Shown: positions 39,760 through 49,217, numbered from the stretch's first letter. The stretch: DNA of 64,000 nucleotides from an uncultured Rikenellaceae bacterium (GCA_964638545.1 CAZXAM010000009.1:2935-66934), one strand, 5' to 3'. Numbers and translations are program-made. Notes: generated by a model not told the origin, from the letters alone.

Positions 39760-39859
39760 AAGCCTTTTAAACACAAGGGCAGCGGAGTAAATATAGCTCT
39801 CAGGATACCGCTGATTACATGGAGTAAAAATTATCTTGGTATTGCTTTGATTACCAGGG

Positions 39860-41740
39860 TTAGTCTTTGGTTAGCACTATTTGTTCCCTGTCTTTCCGTG
39901 CACCCTTATTGATAAAATACCTGAAGGAATTGAAGTTTTCGATACTGACCTCTCCTTTGTTTACCTCAAATTGCCTTTTGCAGGTAAGCTTGTCATTTGT
40001 CAGGGCGAGGTTATAGATATATTTCCCGAATTCATTCTCAAGTGCAATGTTCTCAGGCATATATTCGATACTGTATCCTGTTGGTAGATAATAAGATACA
40101 GAATCCCTTACAGACTCAGATTCCCCGATCTCCAGTACTGCCTGGAAATCCTGCAGATATGAGAGTTTCCCGATGGCAGGATTGAAGTAGATCCTTTTTC
40201 CCAACATGGTGCTGAAATCATTTATGCTTATAGTGTATGAGAATTCTGCAGATGGCTTTTCTGATTTCTCTTCAGAATATTTCACAGCGGACATGCTTAC
40301 TTCTGAAAATCCAAGAGAGGAGCTTATATACCGCTTCATCTCATCTTCCGACTGCATTCCGAATGATGAGCTCGCTGTCCCGAAATTATATCCGGTATAT
40401 TTATTTATTATTGTTCCCGAAGCTGATCCCATAGTGGTCATAAACATAAGACCGGTCCTTTCTTTCAGGTTATCTTTCTTTGTAAATGCAGGGGTTCTTA
40501 CCATTTTCCCGCCTTCCGGCGTAATGAGAAGCGCATACCTGTCGTCAGTAAAATCCCCAAGGTAGTTAAAAGGGAGTGTCTGGCTTGTGCAGTCAAGCCA
40601 TACAGTGTCGTTCTGGAGGGGGATACAAAGAATTGCATGATTGAACTGGTTATCGACAAAATTCCTGTAAACAGTTCCATTATCACCTGCTCTTACAAGC
40701 GTATAATATGAATTTATCCCGGCAGCCTTCATCAGCGCCATAGTATAATTTACCAGTGCTTTGCAGTCTCCGAAACTATTTTTTGATACATCGGCAGCCT
40801 CGGCAGTACGAAAGCCTCCTATGCCTATCTGGATTGACACATAGCGTGTTTTTGACTGCATATATTCATAAACAAGCTTTGCTTTTTCCCGGATATCGCT
40901 GGCTTTAGAGGTGACCTCTTTAATTGCAATAACATCGGATTCGGGCAGGACATCACGGCCGCTGTTAAGGCTGTAAACCCATTCGCCAAAGGATTTCCAG
41001 GATCTCATTGATCCCTTGTACCCTCCATAATCAAAATCGAGAGGTGCAGTATAAAGAATCGGTTGTCCATAAACGGACTGGAGAGACAGATCCGGTGTGG
41101 TCACCACCGGGAGGTTCTCCTCCTGCCAGGTGTAGGTTTTTGTGTCTGAGGTGATTATTGAATCAACAGGATTAGTTGTATTTTTTGTGAAATACCTTAA
41201 TGTCATATTTTTCGGAACAACATACTGGATACCTGATCTCTCGACTGATACATCAGGATCATCATGAAAGCTCCATGAAGGATAGCTTAAAATGCTGGAA
41301 TATTCAGTTTCGTATTCATACTCAATGGTATACGGGTATTTATAAATTGGGAAATAAAGTATTTTCATCCTGTCGTCACTATAAAATGAGCCTCCTGAAA
41401 TGGCACTCATGTCAATTACGTCGGCAGCGCCCAGTACCTTTGTTATTTCACCCTTTTCGTCGTAGATGGCACCCTTAATGTACTTTACCTTAGAACTCTT
41501 ATTGTAATAAACCCTGACGTATCTGTAGGGTAAGGACTCTTCGTTCAACAGTGTTATTGCCATTTTTACTTTTTCGGTTGCCTTGCCCGGTGCTGAGATT
41601 GTATATAGGCATTGCTGTGATCTGATCACTGCATCTGCCCTTTTCCTTAGATTGTCGGGTATTGAATCAAATGGATAGACTTGTGAATAGACTTGTGAAA
41701 TGAAAAGAAGTAGGCAGAAGGATATGAATATTTTTCTCAT
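39860..41740 (-). CDS. DUF3857 / transglutaminase-like / DUF3858-type secreted protein with intact Cys-His-Asp
   Basis: Signal peptide. Transglutaminase core FGDCKALVNYTMALMKAAGI ... NHAILCIPL ... WLDCT. Confidence 0.75.
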   Translation of the reverse strand: MRKIFISFCLLLFISQVYSQVYPFDSIPDNLRKRADAVIRSQQCLYTISAPGKATEKVKMAITLLNEESLPYRYVRVYYNKSSKVKYIKGAIYDEKGEITKVLGAADVIDMSAISGGSFYSDDRMKILYFPIYKYPYTIEYEYETEYSSILSYPSWSFHDDPDVSVERSGIQYVVPKNMTLRYFTKNTTNPVDSIITSDTKTYTWQEENLPVVTTPDLSLQSVYGQPILYTAPLDFDYGGYKGSMRSWKSFGEWVYSLNSGRDVLPESDVIAIKEVTSKASDIREKAKLVYEYMQSKTRYVSIQIGIGGFRTAEAADVSKNSFGDCKALVNYTMALMKAAGINSYYTLVRAGDNGTVYRNFVDNQFNHAILCIPLQNDTVWLDCTSQTLPFNYLGDFTDDRYALLITPEGGKMVRTPAFTKKDNLKERTGLMFMTTMGSASGTIINKYTGYNFGTASSSFGMQSEDEMKRYISSSLGFSEVSMSAVKYSEEKSEKPSAEFSYTISINDFSTMLGKRIYFNPAIGKLSYLQDFQAVLEIGESESVRDSVSYYLPTGYSIEYMPENIALENEFGKYIYNLALTNDKLTCKRQFEVNKGEVSIENFNSFRYFINKGARKDREQIVLTKD

Positions 41741-41750
41741 TTACAGATTA

Positions 41751-43709
41751 TTATGAGGCTTTCTTAAAAATGATGGGTTCCGATTGCTTTTTGAGAAATT
41801 CAGCATAGAAATTCTGAAGATTCTTGTATTCAGCCAGAGGAAACATTGTTTTATTAATATTGAAACTGATCTTAATTTCAAGTGTATTTCCGGAAACAGC
41901 AGAGGTATATTCAAATTTCCCGTCATTCGTGCCAAGATTTCTGGTAATATCCTTTGGCTTTTCAGCAACCTGATAACCTTCCGGGATATTGACGGTAAGG
42001 CGATAGTATTCATCAACAGGACAACCGAAATCGACAGGATACTTTCGTTCCGACGAATAGAAAGGACTTTTCCTTCCCTTTAGTGCAAAAGCAGGGGAGA
42101 AGATTATTTCATCCCCGGCGATCTGTGTTCCGGAGGAAGTCTTAAAATCGAAATTTACTTTTAGTTCAGAATCATGATCATCGGCTTTTTCAATGCCAAA
42201 ATCTGAGAATTCAAAATCGGAGTAGAGTGATTTGACAATATCTGAGTAGCCTTCTTCGCTGTCAATTTTTAACAGCCTTCTGATATTCAGGGAGGAATAG
42301 CCTGAATAGGTGTTTTCAGCCCTGCCCTCAATAATCCCTGACTTGTCAACAGATACTTTTAATTCACTTTTTGCAGAGTACATTTCCTTGTTCTTCAGCT
42401 CGACGAATCTGGAGTCTTTTTCATTTATCAGCCGACCGGTTCCGTTAAGGCATTCAAATGGAAGCTCATCAAATGGTCTCAGGGGATCAGTGGCATCAAC
42501 CAGGTATGATTGTCCGTCGATAATTACATTGGCAACCAGGTAGTTAAACTGCTGGATCATTGCCGAAAGCTGGTTTATGCTTCCGTTCGACCTTGTGCTG
42601 AGAATAACAGGATCAGCCTGTATATTCACTGCTCTGAGCATGCATATCAGTATCATGTTGATATCTGCCGAGTTGCCCTTTTCTTTTTTGAATACGTTTT
42701 TCAGTGTTGATGATGCTGTAAAATCATCCATACCATTCCATAAGATCTTTGTTGAAACATACTCATGCAATTTCTTTAGTTTTAACAGATCACTGTTGAT
42801 TCCATCGGTTTCTGCTTCTGCAATATTTTTAAAATTGGACTTCATTGCCCTGCCGAAATCAACTCTGTCGAGCAGTTTCTCAGTCAGCGTAGCATACGTG
42901 GGAGTGATTTCTTCCTTAGACTGGTTTGGGAAGTTAGTGCTCGCAAGTTCAAATGTGATCTTTGTGACATGTTCCTCATTGCTTTTTATATATGGTTCAT
43001 TCCTGAATGCCGGCATATCATCGACATACCACCAGTAATTGCGAGCGGCTATTCTTTCTCCGGAGATAAATGATTCGGAGGATGTTATGGAAGATTTAAC
43101 AAGGGCTGCCGAACCTGAAATGATATTCTTGTATGTGAAATATTCAGGATAGGAAATGGTAATTGAGCTGAACACAGTAGGTATTTCCGATTGAAATTCC
43201 CATGGAACGAGATTATAAACTGAATTGCTTTTCAGCATTATCTTGTAGGAGTATTCAATTACTGATCCGTCATGGACATCCGGGAAACTGAATTTCAGAA
43301 CCCTTGCAGAGTTGGTGGTCTTATCAATTATGAAACTTTTCCTGGGGATGGGTGTCTCGGTTTTTTCGCCGTTCCTGGCATTGAATGTTGAAGCCCTGTA
43401 ATCAAGCATTATGTCATCTGTCGAAAACGGGATCTCTATGTTAGCATAATCGAATCCGTTGCTGTTGACTATCCTTATCCTTACATCTCTTTCAAGTTCG
43501 ACATAGAAGTCGTTTCCATAATTCAGGGAAGCAACTCCAATGTCTGACAGGATGATGGCATCAGCCCCCGGATCGGGCTTGTATGGCCTGTTGGAGAGAT
43601 CGTCACCTTTAATGTCACCAAAGCTCAGGATGAATTTCTGCGAATGAAGATTTGAAACGGTAAACTCCAGTAAAACAAATAGTGCAATTAAGTGCCTGAA
43701 TTTTATCAT
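41751..43709 (-). CDS. DUF3857 / transglutaminase-like paralogue lacking the catalytic Cys and His
   Basis: Same architecture, but the core reads KGNSADINMILICMLRAVNI ... FNYLVANV ... LVDAT. The ATG at 43709 (MIKFRHLIALFVLLEF) is preferred over 43757. Confidence 0.7.
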   Translation of the reverse strand: MIKFRHLIALFVLLEFTVSNLHSQKFILSFGDIKGDDLSNRPYKPDPGADAIILSDIGVASLNYGNDFYVELERDVRIRIVNSNGFDYANIEIPFSTDDIMLDYRASTFNARNGEKTETPIPRKSFIIDKTTNSARVLKFSFPDVHDGSVIEYSYKIMLKSNSVYNLVPWEFQSEIPTVFSSITISYPEYFTYKNIISGSAALVKSSITSSESFISGERIAARNYWWYVDDMPAFRNEPYIKSNEEHVTKITFELASTNFPNQSKEEITPTYATLTEKLLDRVDFGRAMKSNFKNIAEAETDGINSDLLKLKKLHEYVSTKILWNGMDDFTASSTLKNVFKKEKGNSADINMILICMLRAVNIQADPVILSTRSNGSINQLSAMIQQFNYLVANVIIDGQSYLVDATDPLRPFDELPFECLNGTGRLINEKDSRFVELKNKEMYSAKSELKVSVDKSGIIEGRAENTYSGYSSLNIRRLLKIDSEEGYSDIVKSLYSDFEFSDFGIEKADDHDSELKVNFDFKTSSGTQIAGDEIIFSPAFALKGRKSPFYSSERKYPVDFGCPVDEYYRLTVNIPEGYQVAEKPKDITRNLGTNDGKFEYTSAVSGNTLEIKISFNINKTMFPLAEYKNLQNFYAEFLKKQSEPIIFKKAS

Positions 43710-43737
43710 AGTGTTGAATTTCGGAATATAACTTTGT

Positions 43738-46509
43738 CTAATCCGGGTCAAACTCATAAAAATCTGTTAATTGGGTAGTCCCGGCAACTCCATAACCAAC
43801 ATATGCTTTATTGTTTAAAGTTAATGCAACGGCAGAATGTCTCGGGCCGGGAATAAGGGCTGCACTTGTCCATGTATCGGTAAAAGGATCGTATTTCCAG
43901 AGATCATTCAACAGGGTTGAACCTGCCAGACCCGTACCCATATACGCATTGTCGCCCAGACAGAAGGATATAGCTAATCTTCTCGCCTGGCCAGGGAATT
44001 TATTCTTTTTTGTCCATTTATTCAATACTGGATCATACTCGAACAGGTCATTGTTTGAAAACAGTACATAACCCTTATTCTTTAAAGAGAAGTAGGTTGT
44101 ATATGGTGCTGTTATTGAATATGGCAGATCTATAAGTAATTTCCAGGTATAGTTAATAGCCGGATTAAAGACATGAAGATCTTTGTAATGATCATACCTG
44201 TAATCAAATCCAAAGTAAACTTTGTCGTTCAATGAGAAAGCGATACCTTCCCTGACTGTTGAAGTATTATTAATATCTTTCCAGTCATTCAGCTTTTCAT
44301 CAAAAGCGTACGTATGCTTAAATGCACCTGTGATGTAATCTTGTCCGGCGATAAGATAAAAAGTATCTTTCACGACTGCTTCGGCCATCTTTTCTGTTCC
44401 CAGGAAAGGGAAAGGGGCAGAAGAATAAATTTGTGTCCATGAATTGTCAGACGGATCAAATTTATACATGAGGTTTGAAGCAGGGGAGCAAAGGTATCCA
44501 TGGCCGCCAATGCTCTCTCCATATATTGTCATAGCAGGATAAGTTGTCCCTTCAAACATATTTGTCGACATTTCAGGAGAAGCTATCCTTAGCCATGGGG
44601 ACGATGATAATATATTCTGTGATGAAGCTCTTGTGTAGCCGCCCGTAGTCACTTTAATTTTGTATTCCCCAATTGGCAAAGCGTCAGGGCAGCGCGCAAC
44701 GATCTGAGTATTCGAAGCACTGATGATCGGAAATGAATAAATATCCCACTCAACTTTATTTAGATTTGTTGCTGGATTGAAGTTAATACCGTTAATAGTT
44801 ATATTATGACCCGGTATTAAGGTTTCCGGTGATACCGAAATGATCTGCGGTGGTGCAAGAATAAACTTCTCAGTTGAACTGATGATACAATCCAAGGATA
44901 TTATTTTTATTGTTCGTGGGATACTATCCATTGTCGGAGGGACACGGACTATGAACCTTCCATTCTCAGAGTTTATAATCTCAGAAGGAGTATAGTCGAA
45001 ATAGACTGCTGAACCGACTGAAAAATTTCCTTCGATTGTTATTTCGTCATTGAATGTGCCGGTAAGGGGATAAAAACTCGTGATACTGGGACTTGACAAA
45101 ATAAAATCTGCCGTGGATGTTGCAGTTTCAAGCTGTGTAACACTAATCTTGAAAGGTCCATTACCTGCTCCGGGTGCCTTTACAATAATCGTCGAGTCAT
45201 TATAACTGGTAACGACCGCTGGTGATCCTCCAAATTTCACTTCAGGTGTGCTTACTCCAAAGTACTTGCCTTTTATAGTTACTTCGGTACCACAGGTTCC
45301 TGTCAGGGGGGCAAAAGATTTTATCTGCGGAGGTTTCAGAGTGAACTTATCAGCTGAACTGACTGTAAAAGGTTGTGCGGAGTAAGTTATTCCTGAACTG
45401 ATATTCCTGAGAGTATTTGGGATCTTTAAGATAAGCTTGTTTCTGGTAACCGAAAGTATATTCGCTGCCGCTGAACCAACAGTAACACTTGATCTGGCAG
45501 CAAGCTTATTAAACTTACCTTCAAGAGCCACCATGATGCCCCATGTGCCTTCGAGCGGAACAATTGAATTTATGACCGGAGGCTCCAGAACTAAGGGGTC
45601 CGGCAGGTTTAACGTCAGATTGTTTATTTTGACTGTAACTGTATTTATCTCTGCCGCAAGATGGTCAGTGACCAAGAACCTGAAAGTATTGTTTTTCTTT
45701 TCTGTAATAGTCAGAGGTAAAGAACCTATGTTTGCTGAGATTTGAACGGATCCGGCATTCAGGTTATTGAATGTAATTGTAATAGTATCTCCCCAGAATG
45801 CTTGAGATTGAGACATATCTGAAAATGAGGGAAGTATTAATTGAAATTCCTGACCTTCAAATACTGAAACATTACCTTCTATCCCGACCGAGATCCTGCT
45901 CTTTTCCACTGAAAGCTGCGGACTAATAATTACCGCCAGAGTAGTATCGGTAGTTTCTACCGTAGTACATCGTTTATCGTTGAATAACACTATGTTGCCG
46001 CCCGGCACATATGAGAAGTTCTCCCCTTTGATTGTTATGGTATCTCCCCACCGTCCTGAAGAAGGTTCGAAACCAGTAACTTTCGGAGCGCCGCTGCCCA
46101 GGCTCTTAAATATGACCTCAGGTCCATATACGATATGCTCATCAGTTTTAGCAAACGCTTTAACCAGGTATTTTCTGCCTTCCGCAAGTGTGGTCAGAAT
46201 TTCTGATGAAAATTCTCCGGCGCCTTCTGCAGGTCCAAGGATTACTTTATTACTGGTACTGTACCTGGGATCTGAAAATGCATCCCATATAAATCCATGT
46301 TCTGTTATTTTTTCAGTGCCCTCTGAATAAATTTCGCCCCTGAAGGTCGCCCCGTTTTCTGTAATATTGGTTACCGGCAGAGTATTGAGCCTTGGATAGC
46401 TCCTGGGTTCTCTCTTTTCCTCCTCGCAATTGCTTAAAGACACTAACAGAATAATGAATATCAGAGAGATAAAAAGACTCTTCCTATCTAACTTATCTTT
46501 GGATCTCAA
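43738..46509 (-). CDS. surface lipoprotein with multiple IPT/TIG domains and a C-terminal Kelch-type beta-propeller
   Basis: Lipobox LVSLSNC. Repeated ~85-aa units (P.I.SF.P..G..G..ITI.G.NF). C-terminal repeats such as DLWKYDPFTDTWT and LFEYDPVLNKWTKK. Confidence 0.75.
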   Translation of the reverse strand: MRSKDKLDRKSLFISLIFIILLVSLSNCEEEKREPRSYPRLNTLPVTNITENGATFRGEIYSEGTEKITEHGFIWDAFSDPRYSTSNKVILGPAEGAGEFSSEILTTLAEGRKYLVKAFAKTDEHIVYGPEVIFKSLGSGAPKVTGFEPSSGRWGDTITIKGENFSYVPGGNIVLFNDKRCTTVETTDTTLAVIISPQLSVEKSRISVGIEGNVSVFEGQEFQLILPSFSDMSQSQAFWGDTITITFNNLNAGSVQISANIGSLPLTITEKKNNTFRFLVTDHLAAEINTVTVKINNLTLNLPDPLVLEPPVINSIVPLEGTWGIMVALEGKFNKLAARSSVTVGSAAANILSVTRNKLILKIPNTLRNISSGITYSAQPFTVSSADKFTLKPPQIKSFAPLTGTCGTEVTIKGKYFGVSTPEVKFGGSPAVVTSYNDSTIIVKAPGAGNGPFKISVTQLETATSTADFILSSPSITSFYPLTGTFNDEITIEGNFSVGSAVYFDYTPSEIINSENGRFIVRVPPTMDSIPRTIKIISLDCIISSTEKFILAPPQIISVSPETLIPGHNITINGINFNPATNLNKVEWDIYSFPIISASNTQIVARCPDALPIGEYKIKVTTGGYTRASSQNILSSSPWLRIASPEMSTNMFEGTTYPAMTIYGESIGGHGYLCSPASNLMYKFDPSDNSWTQIYSSAPFPFLGTEKMAEAVVKDTFYLIAGQDYITGAFKHTYAFDEKLNDWKDINNTSTVREGIAFSLNDKVYFGFDYRYDHYKDLHVFNPAINYTWKLLIDLPYSITAPYTTYFSLKNKGYVLFSNNDLFEYDPVLNKWTKKNKFPGQARRLAISFCLGDNAYMGTGLAGSTLLNDLWKYDPFTDTWTSAALIPGPRHSAVALTLNNKAYVGYGVAGTTQLTDFYEFDPD

Positions 46510-46626
46510 GATTATTTTCAGTTAATGGAATTTTTGATTGTAATTCTCAAATTTAACTATTTTGGAATAATAGATCAAACCATTCAAATTCTTTATAAAT
46601 TGTGCAGTGATTCCAGGATACAGATC

Positions 46627-47880
46627 ATGTTTAAAAGAAAGCTAACCATTACATTTTTGATACTTGTTCTTTCTGCCGGAAACCTTCTGAGTCAGAAAGT
46701 TTTCAGGGATGGATACATTGTAAGGAAATCTGGGGAAACATTGAATGGACTTGTGAAATACTCAGTAAATCAGGGTACTCCATCGGAATGTAATTTTAAA
46801 AGGTTTGAAATAGCAAATGAAGTTGTATATTCTGCAAATGATCTGAAAGCATTTGGTTATAAGAATGGGAACAGGTATGAGTCCGTTGAATATAATGGAA
46901 AAACCTCCTTTTATGAGGTGCTGGTAAGCGGAAAAATAGTTCTCTATTCAAAGGGCTCTGATTTCTTTATTGATAAAGATAATTCCGGAATTACTAGTCT
47001 GGGTAAACTGCCAATAACATATTATACCGACGGTAATAAAAAAGAGTTTAAAGCAGTTTCTGAATTCATAAGGTACATTACCGAAGAAAAAACTCCGATT
47101 AGCGACAAACTCAATTTGAAGAATGACCTGGTGAATGTCATTACCGGGTATAACAGGCAGTCGGGAGAGGATATGAAAGTGTATAACCGCACTATGTCGG
47201 CGATTACGGTTGAAAAAATGTCTCTTGCCTCTGGAGAAAATATGAACATATTCGGGGTTGCTGCCGGCGTTGGAGGTTATATGCTTAATATGAAAAAACT
47301 CAAAGCAGATTATGTTCCGGCTCCGGCAACAGAATTTTGTCCGGTTATAGGATTATCCTATGAAAGACTTCTTTCAAGGAAATCCGGCAACCTGTCATTT
47401 AGTATTGAATTGCTGGGTTACGAGCAGACATTTTATGTTTATTCAGAATATGATAGTTACAATAAATACCTTAGTGAATACACTGGTACCTTCAGGAACG
47501 ATGCATTTTATGATTTCATTGCAGTGAAAGTTCCTTTGATGCTCAGATATTCACTTTCCGGGAATAGGTTTGTACCTTACGCAAATGCAGGTGTAGCGTT
47601 CCAGTATTTAATTGATCATAATTTCAGACGCATCGAGGAGTATGAAAACAACTCGCATGAAATAGTAACAAATGAATATGAGGACTTTGCTTTCAATCCT
47701 CAGGAAATAAGTGGACTGGCGGGGATAGGAGTGAGGACAAGACTTTTCAATGATATTTTCCTGAACCTTCAGGGAAGGGTCGAGTTTGGAAGTGGAATTT
47801 TTAAGAAAAATTCTGAACGAAATGACTCCTTTAATCAGTATTCAATCCAACCTTCAATTCTGTTTGGTGTAACCTTTTGA
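46627..47880 (+). CDS. secreted hypothetical protein with a probable C-terminal beta-barrel
   Basis: Signal peptide MFKRKLTITFLILVLSAGNLLSQ. The C-terminal half has alternating hydrophobicity and ends ...ILFGVTF. Confidence 0.6.
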   Translation: MFKRKLTITFLILVLSAGNLLSQKVFRDGYIVRKSGETLNGLVKYSVNQGTPSECNFKRFEIANEVVYSANDLKAFGYKNGNRYESVEYNGKTSFYEVLVSGKIVLYSKGSDFFIDKDNSGITSLGKLPITYYTDGNKKEFKAVSEFIRYITEEKTPISDKLNLKNDLVNVITGYNRQSGEDMKVYNRTMSAITVEKMSLASGENMNIFGVAAGVGGYMLNMKKLKADYVPAPATEFCPVIGLSYERLLSRKSGNLSFSIELLGYEQTFYVYSEYDSYNKYLSEYTGTFRNDAFYDFIAVKVPLMLRYSLSGNRFVPYANAGVAFQYLIDHNFRRIEEYENNSHEIVTNEYEDFAFNPQEISGLAGIGVRTRLFNDIFLNLQGRVEFGSGIFKKNSERNDSFNQYSIQPSILFGVTF

Positions 47881-47932
47881 TAACTGATAGACAGGGGATC
47901 ATTGCAAGCATATGGTCCCCCTCTTAGAAAAA

Positions 47933-47950
47933 ATGCTCCTTGCGGAGCAT
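47933..47950. terminator. bidirectional terminator (ATGCTCC-ttgc-GGAGCAT)
   Basis: On the reverse strand the hairpin is followed by TTTTTTC, directly after tRNA-Lys. On the forward strand it follows the 46627 gene. Confidence 0.7.
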
Positions 47951-47961
47951 CGTTTGTGTTG

Positions 47962-48034
47962 TGATCTAGCTGGGGCTCGAACCCAGGACCCCATCCTTAA
48001 AAGGGATGTGCTCTACCAACTGAGCTACTAAATC
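47962..48034 (-). tRNA. tRNA-Lys (anticodon UUU)
   Basis: Reverse complement is GATTTAG TA GCTC AGTTGGTA GAGC A CATCC CTTTTAA GGATG GGGTC CTGGG TTCGAGC CCCAG CTAGATC A. It folds as a canonical cloverleaf; CCA is not encoded. Confidence 0.9.
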
Positions 48035-48059
48035 AATATTTCACAATATAAAAGAACTG

Positions 48060-48123
48060 CTGGACCCTTCCGCAAAGCGGAATGCTCTACCTCCCGATAG
48101 CTATCGGGATGAGCTACTAAATC
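48060..48123 (-). pseudogene. tRNA-Lys-derived module 1 (5' acceptor strand, D-arm with 18-nt palindrome insert, non-canonical anticodon hairpin, no T-arm 3' half or acceptor 3' strand)
   Basis: Reverse complement is GATTTAGTAGCTCA[TCCCGATAGCTATCGGGA]GGTAGAGCA TTCCG CTTTG CGGAA GGGTCCAG. Its 5' end is 89 nt from that of the true tRNA. Confidence 0.7.
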
Positions 48124-48148
48124 ATTATTTCACAATAAAAAAGAACCT

Positions 48149-48213
48149 CTGGACCCTTCCGCGAAAGCGGAATGCTCTACCTCCCGATAGCTATCGGGAT
48201 GAGCTACTACTTC
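48149..48213 (-). pseudogene. tRNA-Lys-derived module 2
   Basis: Reverse complement is GAAGTAGTAGCTCA[TCCCGATAGCTATCGGGA]GGTAGAGCA TTCCG CTTTCG CGGAA GGGTCCAG. The spacer (TTCTTTTTTATTGTGAAATAAT) is the same as in front of module 1 and the tRNA. Confidence 0.7.
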
Positions 48214-48235
48214 ATAGCCTATGATTTTGCGGTTG

Positions 48236-48243
48236 CAAAGGTA
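48236..48243 (-). promoter_or_regulatory. candidate -7 box TACCTTTG for the module2-module1-tRNA-Lys unit
   Basis: Plus-strand CAAAGGTA is the reverse complement of TAnnTTTG, about 23 nt upstream of module 2. Confidence 0.5.
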
Positions 48244-48367
48244 TATTAAAAATACTTTTTTCCAAGTATTCAATATTTCTTTTTCTTAACAACTCCGAAA
48301 TTAATCAAAAAATTTCGTAAGCCGGTAAATAGTCCTATTTTCGCACAGAGTGATACACTTATTTTGT

Positions 48368-49186
48368 ATGAAGGAATTTTTTAGAGATAAAGTTGTAATT
48401 ATTACAGGAGCCTCTTCCGGTATAGGCGCTGCTACTGCAAGGGAATTTGCATCCAGCGGAAGTAAGGTCATGCTTGCTGCGCGATCGGAAAATAAGCTTG
48501 CTGCGCTTGTATCCCTTCTGAAGGCTGAGAATTATGAAGCTGATTTTGTAGTTACGGATGTAACAAGGGAAGAGGATTGCCGTAACCTGATCAATAAAAC
48601 AGTTGAAAAGTACGGGACTATTCACATTCTCGTAAATAACGCTGGCATTTCCATGAGGGCTTCATTTGACGATGTCGACCTTAAAGTGCTTCATAACCTG
48701 ATGGATGTTAATTTCTGGGGGACGGTCTATTGCACAAAATACGCGCTTCAATACCTGGTAGCCAACAAAGGTTCCCTGGTTGCTGTTTCATCTGTTGCAG
48801 GATTCCATGGCCTGCCCGGAAGAACAGGCTACTCTGCATCGAAGTTTGCTATCCATGGTTTCATGGAAACATTAAGGATAGAGAATCTGAAAAGAGGCCT
48901 TCATGTGATGATAATTGCACCTGGTTTTACTGCCTCTGAGATAAGAAAGCACGCGCTCCTTGCTGATGGATCTGAACAAGGATCGTCACCAAGGGAGGAG
49001 GGAAAGCTCATGTCTGCTGAAAAAGTTGCCAAATGGATACTCAGGGGGATCAGAAAAAAGAAAAGAACCAAGATTATTCCTCTCATTGGAAAGCTTACAG
49101 CCCTCTTGCAGAGAATCCTTCCGGAGATCGTTGATAGGGGTTACTATATTGAGATGGCGAGAGAACCGGATTCACCGCTGAAATAG
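48368..49186 (+). CDS. SDR family oxidoreductase
   Basis: TGASSGIGAATA, NNAG and YSASKFA motifs. The ATG at 48368 is preferred. Confidence 0.85.
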   Translation: MKEFFRDKVVIITGASSGIGAATAREFASSGSKVMLAARSENKLAALVSLLKAENYEADFVVTDVTREEDCRNLINKTVEKYGTIHILVNNAGISMRASFDDVDLKVLHNLMDVNFWGTVYCTKYALQYLVANKGSLVAVSSVAGFHGLPGRTGYSASKFAIHGFMETLRIENLKRGLHVMIIAPGFTASEIRKHALLADGSEQGSSPREEGKLMSAEKVAKWILRGIRKKKRTKIIPLIGKLTALLQRILPEIVDRGYYIEMAREPDSPLK

Positions 49187-49217
49187 TAATTGAAAATATT
49201 CTACTTTAAACTCCAGA

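Noticed and set aside
48060-48213. Calling the two tRNA-like modules functional tRNA genes or a tRNA with a D-loop intron
   Set aside because: They have no acceptor 3' strand and no complete T-arm. The anticodon hairpin has a 5-6-nt loop (or 3-4 nt with a 6-bp stem) instead of 7 nt with U33. They cannot be aminoacylatable tRNAs and are reported as tRNA-derived modules instead.
47881-48349. Integrated mobile element at the tRNA-Lys locus
   Set aside because: There is no integrase, excisionase or phage/ICE gene on either side. The duplicated part is the tRNA 5' half plus upstream spacer, not the 3' att-type segment duplicated by integration.
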